A DNA stretch of 64,000 nt from the IMG/VR virus record IMGVR_UViG_3300027763_000029, one strand, 5' to 3'. The notes below the pieces were generated by a model. It searched no databases and was not told the DNA's origin. It saw only the letters and a program-made list of their open reading frames with translations. Below are positions 52,608-61,940 of the stretch, piece after piece; the first letter of the stretch is position 1; each line of letters begins with the position of its first letter. Both the position numbers and the translations under genes were made by a program. The DNA is from a virus.

Positions 52608-53723
52608 TTAAAAATAGTAGTCAGTATCTACAGTATTATCTGACCATTTTTCTTGAGCGAAAGTGCCGCTACTACTAATCTTAAACTTATTATAGGTCTG
52701 AAAGCTATATGAAATAGTAGCATTACCACCACCAGTATCTCCACCAGTATAATTTACTGATGTTAGCTTATTCTTACCACCAAGATCAAGACTTAGATAG
52801 CCAGAAGTATTACCTGTTCCGGCGCAAACAGCAATCTTAACAGATTTATCTATAACGTTTCTGTAGTTCTGTCCACAACCAGTAACACTACTAAAGTCAT
52901 TAGCATCAACCGTATCGCCATCACTAGCAATAACCTGAAATTCTGATTTAACTTCTAATGGAAAGCGAACATAACGGAAATATGGGGCCATAGCACCAAG
53001 CTCATAAATAGCTTCACGACCAAGGTCAGCACTGAGAGTAACACTTTGTACGTATGGGCGATTAATCTCTCTGCCTGAAGGAATTGGGATTCCAGCCTTG
53101 CCTGTTGGAAGAATACTTTGTCCTGGATTAAAGTTATATCTGCGAACGATACCAGGAGCTGTTGGAGTTTTTCCCTCATCAGATGGATCAAATTCACTTG
53201 TTGACATTGGAGAACCACTATTCCAGATCTTATTATTACCAACAAGAGTAACTTCTTCTGTAGCGTTTCCTTCGATGGGAAAAGTAAAATTGAATCTACT
53301 CAAATACATACCAGAGCAATCAACATAATGTCTAGCAGTGCCTGTGGTCGCAGGAACAGTATCTGGCCAAATACCTAGTCTAAAATTAACTCTATTATTA
53401 ACTAATTCTACTAGTTCTTTATTATTAGCTCCTGCGATACCACTTGGTCCACACATGCACATAGCATATAATGTTGGTGTTCCGTCAAGAACTTTATTAA
53501 GTGTTACTTCAACCTCTGGAACATTCTCTAAATTATCATAAAGATCTAATTGACCGAGTTGGAAAACTGGTGTTAGAGCAAAATTTGTTGTCATACCAAC
53601 GCTTTGTAGTCCCTGTGGAACATACCACGAACTACCATCATCATATAATGCTGTTCCATCTGCATTTTGTGGTTGTAGCTGAACTGACTGACTAGCATAA
53701 AAAATTCTGTTATTAGCTGGCAT
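52608..53723 (-). CDS. Major tail tube protein
   Basis: GLQSVGMTTNF...VFQLGQ...PEVEVTLNK and a second half VQSVTLS...REAIYELG; position upstream of the chaperone-like and TMP genes; strong GGAG RBS. Confidence 0.7.
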   Translation of the reverse strand: MPANNRIFYASQSVQLQPQNADGTALYDDGSSWYVPQGLQSVGMTTNFALTPVFQLGQLDLYDNLENVPEVEVTLNKVLDGTPTLYAMCMCGPSGIAGANNKELVELVNNRVNFRLGIWPDTVPATTGTARHYVDCSGMYLSRFNFTFPIEGNATEEVTLVGNNKIWNSGSPMSTSEFDPSDEGKTPTAPGIVRRYNFNPGQSILPTGKAGIPIPSGREINRPYVQSVTLSADLGREAIYELGAMAPYFRYVRFPLEVKSEFQVIASDGDTVDANDFSSVTGCGQNYRNVIDKSVKIAVCAGTGNTSGYLSLDLGGKNKLTSVNYTGGDTGGGNATISYSFQTYNKFKISSSGTFAQEKWSDNTVDTDYYF

Positions 53724-53782
53724 GGTTTTGTCTCCCAGTTATAAAATCATTTAAGATTGTTTGGTGATCAAGATTTCAATTA

Positions 53783-53793
53783 TAAGTACACCA
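53783..53793 (-). promoter_or_regulatory. GTGTA motif (candidate late promoter) before tail tube gene
   Basis: TGGTGTACTTA about 64 nt upstream of the start at 53723. Confidence 0.5.
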
Positions 53794-53834
53794 AAATTTT
53801 AGTAAAAATGAGCTCAAAATTATTTGATTACTTT

Positions 53835-56800
53835 TTATATAGTTGGATAAATCTCTATACTCAATCTTAATACACCATGATATAGGTTGTTGCTAAAAAC
53901 ATTTAATTCTGATAAAACAGCATTTTTTATATATGCTCTAGCCAAGTAAAAAGATTGATCGTTGTAAATTTGATCATAATTTAGCCTATTAGGGTTAGGT
54001 TCTCCCCTGTAATTTGTAAACTGCCTATCATTCTTAATAAGTTTTTGCAGATTGTAGAGATTAAGCATCTTATCTTTTTGCTTTAATAAAATATCTATTA
54101 GATTATTCCTTTGAACTGGGCTTTCTGTTAATATGTGAATCATAACATCTTGTATTAGTATGTTTGTGGTTGTTCCAAGCTCATAAGGGATAGATACTGA
54201 TCTTGGAGCTATATCTATAACTATAGCTGGAAGTTGGATTTTATTATAAGAGGATGTTTTATCCTGAAGTACTGATGGATTGTAAGAATTTTCAACAACC
54301 TCTTTCCACCAAACACTATCACTAGATTTATATACTTGAACTAACCTATAAGAATATTCTAAACTAACATTGCTTTTAGCTGATATATTTTTGTCGAATG
54401 TTACTCTTCCTAATGGATAGTTGATATGGTATGAATATGCCCCACTGCCTGTTGGAGCAGGCAAGAATGTTCCATTAAGATTTATACCAGATATATTATA
54501 TGGGCTGGTATTATGATAATATATTCCTGTCTCATATATCCAGTCTTTTCTTGGTGATTCCCACACTCTTGGATAAACTACTGTTGGATCTCCACTAACT
54601 GGTTTTAGTTTAGAAAAATCTCCACCATCAAGACTATTAGTAGAAATATCAACATTAACAAAAGCTCCAATATTTAAAAATGACCAATCTAAAAAGCTTT
54701 TAAGATTATCTTCTAATGATGCTACTGGACCCATATGTCCTATATCCGAAACTAGATTGAAAGCAGCAGAGGCTGGGCGACGATTTCGATTATTATTCGG
54801 ACTAGAACTTGGAGTTGGAGTAGTAACAATACTGTTGGTTGAGCTAGGGGTAGGGGTCGGAGTGTTTCCTATTATTGGTGTCGGAGTTGGTGTAGGAGTT
54901 GGTTGATTAGGCAAAACCCTTTGACTTTTAATAACTTTTAGTTCATCTATATATCCTGTAAAATAACCTCCTGGCTCAGTTGTTCCACCTACTCTTCCAA
55001 TTGTAATAATACTATCTGCATCCGTCATTTGATAGGAATCGTCTATGCTCAAGATATCATCTACATATACCTTAATATTAAACATATCTCCAAACAAAGG
55101 ATTTCCACTTACCACAACATGATGCCATTCATTACTGGAAATAAATGCTGGTCCAATTAGACCATCACCACCATTATGACCATAAAAGCTAATATGATCA
55201 TCGGTAATATAAACGACCCAAGATAAAGAAATTCCGTGCTGATCTTTGCCTATTATGGATCCTTGTGCAATCTCTAATGTTGGATAGAACCAAGCATCAA
55301 TTGTGAATTTACTATTTGATAAGTTAAAAATAGGTGAATTAGCAATTTTTAGATTAGAAGATCCATCAAGATATAAACTTGTTCCTCCAGAAACGCTTTG
55401 AGAGTCACTAATGACTGGAGAACCTTCGATAGAAATGACATTATTATATTGTGAACTATCTATAAATGTTGAACTACCATTATTACCATCAAAATGCATA
55501 TCAAGTACTGTGGTATCTTCATAATGAAATATGTCTCTACCAGATGTTGTCCTTAAGTAATTAATATCAAAAAAATCACTTCTAACTTTTATTACTCTAT
55601 ACTCATATGGATTTGGTCCACTTTCTGAAAAATCCAAAGCAAAAGTTTGTACTTGTGTTCCTAGTCCATTAGAGTCTCCTTTATATTCGATCATTCGTGG
55701 ACTTAAAGTTACATAATTAATAGTATGAGTAAAAGAATCATCTAATTCCTTTACTATTGTATAACTTCCTTGAAAAGGAATGCCAGAATCTCCCTTTATT
55801 CTTGATCTACATATTGCTGTACTATTAGTAAGATCTATTTCATATATAACGCCACCAGCTAAAGTACCAGTAAAAGATCCATCATCAAAAATTGAAACCG
55901 TATCATTTCCACTAGTCAATGGCTCTATATCCATCTGCCATCTTGCATCATGCTGGGCATCCAACCCATTGTATTCGTCGCCTGTTACTGTTAAAAAATT
56001 TATTGGATTAGTTTGTATGGTTATAGCTTCAAGTGACCCATTTGTATCAATAGCCCAAATAACATCCTTTGTTTCATAATCAATACAGAATACCACATTA
56101 TGATTTCTACAACTAACAACTATATTACCTGTAATAGGATGAACATCTAAAGAATTTGCGTGAAACCACTCAGGATCATTAGAATTAAAACTGTCACCAC
56201 TCCACCATTCCCATACAATTTGATGATTAGGTGACTGTTCCTGAATATAAAATCCATTATTATAAGATAAATAGATTATATTTCCTCGTCTATTAATTGG
56301 ATTTTTTATTTCTTGTGTTTCATGAACATCGATAGTATGATTGACTGATCTACTGTCAGGATTTATCATATTAATGATATTAACTAAATCTAGATTATTT
56401 TCAGATAATTGTATTATATATCTTTCTTGATCATTCCAAGCGTTTGTTATTAATCTATTATTTTGGTATCCTTTATGGAGACTAATTGTTTGAGAAGGAG
56501 ACTTAACGTACCAAATTGGAACTCCATATTGGTCATAAATAGAACAATATATTTGAGCTGAGAAGCCATCGCTTGGAACAGCTAAGTAGTATCCGGGTAT
56601 ATAATCAGCTGTTTTTTCTGAAATAGTAGCAACAGGAAAATCCTTTGGTATTATTTTTATGAAATACTCTTGAATATCATCTGTTATATATAGAGTTTTA
56701 TTTACAGATCCTGATGGAATTACTTCTAATGTTCTATCTATTTCATTTACAAATAATGATATATTCGAAACTCCAGACACTGAGGATTCTCTAATATAAT

Positions 56801-56918
56801 AGTCATGTATATCAATACTAAAAGGAGGATAAAGACCACCTCCATCGCAATCTGCAAGTATGCCTGTTATAGCAGTATCTGATAATACTGGTATAAATAT
56901 GTCACTACTAATAGTCAT
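53835..56918 (-). CDS. Fusion: arylsulfotransferase-like propeller + LamG + Thr/Pro linker + tail terminator-like domain
   Basis: ASST-like motifs DVHE, WFHANS, SCRN, QHDARW, IFDDG. LamG: HFDGNNGSSTFIDSS...FTIDAW...GYIDEL. C-terminal QLPAIVID...PYELG...QDVMIHIL, with the gene lying just before the tail tube gene. Confidence 0.7.
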   Translation of the reverse strand: MTISSDIFIPVLSDTAITGILADCDGGGLYPPFSIDIHDYYIRESSVSGVSNISLFVNEIDRTLEVIPSGSVNKTLYITDDIQEYFIKIIPKDFPVATISEKTADYIPGYYLAVPSDGFSAQIYCSIYDQYGVPIWYVKSPSQTISLHKGYQNNRLITNAWNDQERYIIQLSENNLDLVNIINMINPDSRSVNHTIDVHETQEIKNPINRRGNIIYLSYNNGFYIQEQSPNHQIVWEWWSGDSFNSNDPEWFHANSLDVHPITGNIVVSCRNHNVVFCIDYETKDVIWAIDTNGSLEAITIQTNPINFLTVTGDEYNGLDAQHDARWQMDIEPLTSGNDTVSIFDDGSFTGTLAGGVIYEIDLTNSTAICRSRIKGDSGIPFQGSYTIVKELDDSFTHTINYVTLSPRMIEYKGDSNGLGTQVQTFALDFSESGPNPYEYRVIKVRSDFFDINYLRTTSGRDIFHYEDTTVLDMHFDGNNGSSTFIDSSQYNNVISIEGSPVISDSQSVSGGTSLYLDGSSNLKIANSPIFNLSNSKFTIDAWFYPTLEIAQGSIIGKDQHGISLSWVVYITDDHISFYGHNGGDGLIGPAFISSNEWHHVVVSGNPLFGDMFNIKVYVDDILSIDDSYQMTDADSIITIGRVGGTTEPGGYFTGYIDELKVIKSQRVLPNQPTPTPTPTPIIGNTPTPTPSSTNSIVTTPTPSSSPNNNRNRRPASAAFNLVSDIGHMGPVASLEDNLKSFLDWSFLNIGAFVNVDISTNSLDGGDFSKLKPVSGDPTVVYPRVWESPRKDWIYETGIYYHNTSPYNISGINLNGTFLPAPTGSGAYSYHINYPLGRVTFDKNISAKSNVSLEYSYRLVQVYKSSDSVWWKEVVENSYNPSVLQDKTSSYNKIQLPAIVIDIAPRSVSIPYELGTTTNILIQDVMIHILTESPVQRNNLIDILLKQKDKMLNLYNLQKLIKNDRQFTNYRGEPNPNRLNYDQIYNDQSFYLARAYIKNAVLSELNVFSNNLYHGVLRLSIEIYPTI

Positions 56919-56939
56919 ATTACAGATCCTTGATTTTGT

Positions 56940-57587
56940 TTATATATTAGCTTCTACTTCACTTTGTATAAGCTTGTAAATACTTGACTCCAAACGATCA
57001 ACAGCTCTTGTAGTCCAGTTGCTAGAAGCTGTACCAGCAAATTCAGCAGGAACTCTCCAGTTACTATTAGATCTAACCATAATAGCATTGCCAGTACGAG
57101 AATTGCTATTTGGTCCAATTTTTACATTATAATTTTGTACTATGGTTTGACTACCTTTAAATAAAAGCCACTCTAACCAAGGTAAAGAGTATCCTCTAGT
57201 TGTATCATCAACTATTGCACTAGAATCATTGATAATACCATTAATATCGTCTGTTTTGATACCAGTCAACTGAAATCCACCTGATAATCCAGCGTTTGAT
57301 ATTTTAATTGGAAGATTATTGATCGTAATAGTATTAGCTATTTTTTCAACTATATCATCAACAACACTACTGTCTGGTATACCAAATTCAAATCTTAATT
57401 TTCCAGATTTTAAAGAGCTATATTCTGGTTCTTGTTTTAAGGCATCAGATACTAATGGAACTATCTTTATAGAGAGTGATTTAGCTGATTTTTGCATAAT
57501 ACGGTCTAATTCTACTTTGAGTGAGTCTAGGATTAGTCCTCTGATAGTACTGTTACTTTCTAGTATGTTTAATGATAGATTCATCAA
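56940..57587 (-). CDS. Putative neck/tail completion protein
   Basis: Synteny between the head-closure-like and terminator-like genes; LPWLEWLL motif. Confidence 0.5.
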   Translation of the reverse strand: MMNLSLNILESNSTIRGLILDSLKVELDRIMQKSAKSLSIKIVPLVSDALKQEPEYSSLKSGKLRFEFGIPDSSVVDDIVEKIANTITINNLPIKISNAGLSGGFQLTGIKTDDINGIINDSSAIVDDTTRGYSLPWLEWLLFKGSQTIVQNYNVKIGPNSNSRTGNAIMVRSNSNWRVPAEFAGTASSNWTTRAVDRLESSIYKLIQSEVEANI

Positions 57588-58090
57588 GCATTACTCCAAA
57601 AGGTTACAATATATTGATGTTCAGCTAGTCCACAAGTTCGTGGTTCACCAGCTCTTTTATATTCTGAGCCAGAAACTGTCAAAGTTCTTGCATTGCTAAT
57701 TTTTGAAAGTAAATCTATACGACAAATAGTCTGTAAAACTCCATTACCAACCATAGCAATATCTCCAACATTAATAAAGCTTTTACTATCAAGAATTACC
57801 GCTAATTTAATACTTTCTTCTTTAACCGTTTTTGTCATTCCAATACCTAAACAAACAGGACATACTCCTCCATCAGGAAAAGGAGATGGTCCAGTGTTGT
57901 TGTATATGTTGGAGGATACTCTACTGATAGTATCTAGGATACAATTATCACAAAGATTTTGTTGATTAAATTCATTTCCATATTTTAAAATACATTCTGT
58001 TGTTAGACCAGAATCAGATAATATAGCGTCTATAGCATTATTAAATAGTTGTTTAAATTCTAGAGTTAATATATTAGAGAATGGATTCAT
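57584..58090 (-). CDS. Putative head-closure protein with Cys motif
   Basis: CDNC...CPVCLGIG, plus synteny. Confidence 0.5.
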   Translation of the reverse strand: MNPFSNILTLEFKQLFNNAIDAILSDSGLTTECILKYGNEFNQQNLCDNCILDTISRVSSNIYNNTGPSPFPDGGVCPVCLGIGMTKTVKEESIKLAVILDSKSFINVGDIAMVGNGVLQTICRIDLLSKISNARTLTVSGSEYKRAGEPRTCGLAEHQYIVTFWSNA

Positions 58091-58287
58091 TGTTTGTTCA
58101 CATTAAATGTAAAGATACGATCTTTTTGTATTGTTATAGTTGTACCAGTTCCAGCATTGCTTCCGATAGAACCTTTTAATTTTTGAATAGTTATTGTATT
58201 TGTTATAGTATTTATACTAGTCAAAACTAACGAATTAATTACAGCAGATAGATTATATGAACTATTATATATCTTTGTTATATCCAT
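58087..58287 (-). CDS. Small hypothetical protein (66 aa)
   Basis: ATG 58287 has AGGA upstream and avoids overlap with the preceding gene (the track start at 58320 lies inside it). Confidence 0.55.
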   Translation of the reverse strand: MDITKIYNSSYNLSAVINSLVLTSINTITNTITIQKLKGSIGSNAGTGTTITIQKDRIFTFNVNKQ

Positions 58288-58289
58288 TT

Positions 58290-59216
58290 TTATCCTGCAT
58301 ATGTAATTATTAATTTCCACGAATCAATGGTTCCAATATCTCCAATATCGCTATCAATAATTATGAGATCCCAATTACCATTAGCTGAAGATCCTATAAG
58401 ATTATCTATAGTACTAATAAGAGTTTCATTATTATAGTTTATTGTTGTTGTTTTATCTTTAATTTGACATAAACCACCACTAATAACATTATTTAGATAT
58501 ATATTATTTAATGCTCTATTAGAAAACATAAAACTAAATCCAGATTTATAATTTGATATTTTTGAATTAGCAGATAGTAGAATTTTATCCCCAGAAGGAG
58601 GAGCTAATATAAAAATTAAATCTTGTGGGCTGCTGTGGGTTAAGCCATTAATTGCAATTTCAACATTATCTATCAGCCTAGTATCACTAATAGAGATTGT
58701 ATCCACTATGCTGTCATTATCAGGAATATTTAAACCACTTCCAGTATATATTATACTATAAATATCTAAATTATTACATTGGCTATCACAAGATTTTAAT
58801 AAATTATTAATTGAAGCGCTAATATTTGCACAATCTGGTAATGTCGTTGGGATATTTCTTTTAACAATACCTACAGATCCCGTAGCTAAACGATATGTGG
58901 TTAATCCTCCTCCAGGGTATTGTTCTCTTGGTTCCTGTAAGTCTAAGTCATAAATAAACGAATTAAATGTATAAGTGTTGGTGATCCTAGCTGGAATTTG
59001 AAGAACTATGGTACCATCAGAATTTGCTTGAAAATCATACTCATCACCAGTATATCTATTTGAGAATATATAAGCATCACCTGTATCTGTCAACCACTGC
59101 ATTAATACACAGTAATCTCTTATATCTACAGCATTTCCATTCTCATCAGCATACAAAAAAGTTATTTTAAAAGCTGAACCTTGTTCTATGACAAAATTAT
59201 AATTAGCTGCTGGCAT
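58290..59216 (-). CDS. Virion adaptor-like domain fused to proprotein-convertase P-domain
   Basis: N-terminus YNFVIEQG.F...YDLDL. C-terminus IPDND...THSSPQDLIFILAPPSG...ANGNWDLIIID...GDIGTIDSWKL. Confidence 0.7.
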   Translation of the reverse strand: MPAANYNFVIEQGSAFKITFLYADENGNAVDIRDYCVLMQWLTDTGDAYIFSNRYTGDEYDFQANSDGTIVLQIPARITNTYTFNSFIYDLDLQEPREQYPGGGLTTYRLATGSVGIVKRNIPTTLPDCANISASINNLLKSCDSQCNNLDIYSIIYTGSGLNIPDNDSIVDTISISDTRLIDNVEIAINGLTHSSPQDLIFILAPPSGDKILLSANSKISNYKSGFSFMFSNRALNNIYLNNVISGGLCQIKDKTTTINYNNETLISTIDNLIGSSANGNWDLIIIDSDIGDIGTIDSWKLIITYAG

Positions 59217-59231
59217 AAAAATATCCTAAAA

Positions 59232-59747
59232 TTATGAGTAAATATCTCTACTTCTATATGGATTGAGCTGAATAGCTCTTGGATCAAATTTATTACCAAC
59301 GAATGGACTAAGCACAGCACGAATAGCGGTTGCCTCTTTAACATCCCAATGAGATACTAATTCGTCATAAGCTGCACATGGACCTTCTTCAATAATCATC
59401 TTTAATCCGGCCAAACTACCGCCCACACTAAGTTGAGCTGGACCTAGTGCTGCTCTTATTCCTTCCATGGCTGCTTTTGTTCGTAATACACTTTGGTCAA
59501 CTATGCAAGCTGATTTCAATGAAACCAAACTAATAAAAATACTATCATCAATTGATGTTGGATCTGGAGTTATTCCCGGAACAACAACATCAATCTTATA
59601 GGTATGGTCCAAAACAACATCGAATTGAACATATTTAGCTGCTACTGTGATTATTTGTAATAGTCTCTCATCAGAATACGTTGGAGTAGCTGAGATATCA
59701 TTAATTAATGTTCTAACCATAACGGGTATTTCGATTTTCCAGCTCAT
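59232..59747 (-). CDS. Putative head-tail adaptor protein
   Basis: VRTLIND...YSDERL N-terminus; first gene of the neck module. Confidence 0.55.
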   Translation of the reverse strand: MSWKIEIPVMVRTLINDISATPTYSDERLLQIITVAAKYVQFDVVLDHTYKIDVVVPGITPDPTSIDDSIFISLVSLKSACIVDQSVLRTKAAMEGIRAALGPAQLSVGGSLAGLKMIIEEGPCAAYDELVSHWDVKEATAIRAVLSPFVGNKFDPRAIQLNPYRSRDIYS

Positions 59748-59783
59748 ATTTTGACCCTTTTAAGAGTAAATAATCTCCGATAT

Positions 59784-59794
59784 TTAATACACCT
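59784..59794 (-). promoter_or_regulatory. GTGTA motif (candidate late promoter)
   Basis: AGGTGTATTAA about 41 nt upstream of the start at 59747. Confidence 0.5.
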
Positions 59795-59834
59795 TCTGGT
59801 TATTAGTGGTATATTTAAAATTAATTGATTAGTT

Positions 59835-60038
59835 TTATTGAGCAGGTACTTCTGGGGCTATATTAACTATTTGACATTCTTTAACATAATCATCATAATT
59901 AGTTCCTTGCCAATGTATTATCCATCCATTACCAACTGTGGTTACTTGGTCAACTCCTGTAACCCCATCTCCATAATCTGTTCCATTAGTAATAATCCAG
60001 TAAGTCGGATTGGTTGGTTTGAAAATTTCTTGATTCAT
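59835..60038 (-). CDS. Small hypothetical protein (67 aa)
   Basis: GAAGGA RBS and plausible composition. Confidence 0.6.
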   Translation of the reverse strand: MNQEIFKPTNPTYWIITNGTDYGDGVTGVDQVTTVGNGWIIHWQGTNYDDYVKECQIVNIAPEVPAQ

Positions 60039-60080
60039 ATAAATTGTCCTTCAATAATAAGAATAGACCAGATTCAATTA

Positions 60081-60091
60081 TAGTGTATTAT
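60081..60091 (+). promoter_or_regulatory. GTGTA motif on + strand before the inverted GT cassette
   Basis: TAGTGTATTAT about 28 nt upstream of the start at 60115. Confidence 0.5.
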
Positions 60092-60114
60092 ATGACATAA
60101 ACACAGGATAACAA

Positions 60115-60828
60115 ATGATGATTTCGTATTGTTCTCAAATTAAGAATAGATTTTATCAATTTCAACAAACTTTCTATCATAATATAAATCATATCAAGAA
60201 TAATCCAGATACTGAATGGGTTATTGTGGATTGTGATTCAAAGGATGGATTACATGAACATATGTTGAAGTTTGGAATCTCTGATAGAGTTCATTATCAT
60301 AGAACATTAAATTATCATAGTTATTCAATTCCTGTTGCTAAGAATTTAGCAGTGAGGTTGAGTTCTGGGGATTATGTGTTCAATTTAGATATTGACAACT
60401 ATATTGGAAATGCCACAAGTCAAATTAAAAGTCTTGGAACAAAAACTGGCGTATGTTGTGATATTTTCAAGCGTGGGGTTTATGGTAGAATAGGGTGCTC
60501 TAGAAGAGTTTTTAATATGGTGGGTGGTTATGATGAATCTTTTTTACCAGCTGGAAAACATGACATCGACTTTATGGCTAGATGCAAATTAGTTAATTAT
60601 TATTTCAAACATATTCCATGTCTGATTAGTCCTATTTTAAATTCTAAAAAAGAAACAACTCTTAATACTGGTAGTGATATGGATTGGGAAACTATGAATA
60701 ATCTGAATGGAGAAAAAATGAAATATAATATAGAGAATAAAATCCACTATCCAAATACAAAATTTACAAGTTGTGATTTAGAATACAATTTTACTAAAAA
60801 GATTACACTATCTGAGGAGATAATATAA
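60115..60828 (+). CDS. GT-A fold glycosyltransferase (GT2/GT7-like)
   Basis: EWVIVDCDSKDG, AKNLAVRLSSGDYVFNLDID (DxD), VGGYDESFLPAGKHDIDF. Confidence 0.85.
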   Translation: MMISYCSQIKNRFYQFQQTFYHNINHIKNNPDTEWVIVDCDSKDGLHEHMLKFGISDRVHYHRTLNYHSYSIPVAKNLAVRLSSGDYVFNLDIDNYIGNATSQIKSLGTKTGVCCDIFKRGVYGRIGCSRRVFNMVGGYDESFLPAGKHDIDFMARCKLVNYYFKHIPCLISPILNSKKETTLNTGSDMDWETMNNLNGEKMKYNIENKIHYPNTKFTSCDLEYNFTKKITLSEEII

Positions 60829-61940
60829 TGCTATTAACATTAAATAAGAATAGAATGGACCAACTAGCCCCTGATCAGATAGCATTTTATCAAGAACAAT
60901 GTGGAGATATTCTTAATGCTCCACTACCAAGTATTATATCAAACTCTGCTGAACTAAAACAAAAGACAGGAGCTAATAATTTTACAAGTTTAGCTCCATA
61001 CTATCACCCAGACCCAAACTCTCCAACGGGATTTCCTTATATCCGAATTGATGGAACAAGAAACCTTGAGTCTAGAAAAAGTTCTGATAGTCCATACTTA
61101 AATTCTATACTATCTTTAGTAGCTTCAGCATCTACTTTATACTACTACACTAAGTCTGAAGACTATGTTATTAAAGCTATGGAAGCTCTTCAAGTTTTCT
61201 TTCTTAATGAAAATACTAAAATGAATCCTAGTATGACATATAGTGGATTAGTTATCGGCGATAGCATGGATGATCTGCGAATTAGAGGAGCAATTATAGA
61301 TAGTAATATATTATCAGTATTACCAGATTTTATTGAACTGCTTAAACCTAGTTCTCATTGGACAACTGAACTAGACAATGGAATGATTTCATGGTTTGAC
61401 TCATTAAGCGATTGGTTCAAAACTAATCCTAGAGGAGTCTTGCAAGCTAGCTATAGCCATAATATTAAAACCTCTTATATGAAACAATTATGTTCTTATC
61501 TTTGTGCATGCGGAAAAGAAGTTGAGGCACGAACCTATCTGGAGAATAATTTAACAGCTTTGCTAGTTGCTCAAATAGATATAGATGGTAAACAGGTCTT
61601 AGAAATGAATAGAGTAAAAAATAGACATTATAGTAATTTTAATCTAATACTACTAGTAAATCTAGCTACTATAGCAAAATCTTTGGGGATCGACGTTTGG
61701 AATTACGAAGATAGCGAAGGTAAAGGAAGTATTAAGAAAGCTATGAAATATTTAGCCTATTATTATCTCCATCCTACAGAATGGACTACTTCTGATGAAG
61801 CTAATAATTCTGCTATGACAAGATCATGGCTCCAAGCTGGTGTTGAACTCTATGATGATCAAATCTTACAAGATGTTTTTAGAGAAGTTAAGATTTATAA
61901 TTTTACTAGTGTTCCAGATTATATCTCTTTGCCTAATTAA
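60828..61940 (+). CDS. Alginate lyase family-like protein
   Basis: SLAPYYHPDP...PYIRIDG, FFLNENTKMNP, QIDIDGKQVLEMNR...HYSNFNL. TAATG-coupled to the GT gene. Confidence 0.8.
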   Translation: MLLTLNKNRMDQLAPDQIAFYQEQCGDILNAPLPSIISNSAELKQKTGANNFTSLAPYYHPDPNSPTGFPYIRIDGTRNLESRKSSDSPYLNSILSLVASASTLYYYTKSEDYVIKAMEALQVFFLNENTKMNPSMTYSGLVIGDSMDDLRIRGAIIDSNILSVLPDFIELLKPSSHWTTELDNGMISWFDSLSDWFKTNPRGVLQASYSHNIKTSYMKQLCSYLCACGKEVEARTYLENNLTALLVAQIDIDGKQVLEMNRVKNRHYSNFNLILLVNLATIAKSLGIDVWNYEDSEGKGSIKKAMKYLAYYYLHPTEWTTSDEANNSAMTRSWLQAGVELYDDQILQDVFREVKIYNFTSVPDYISLPN

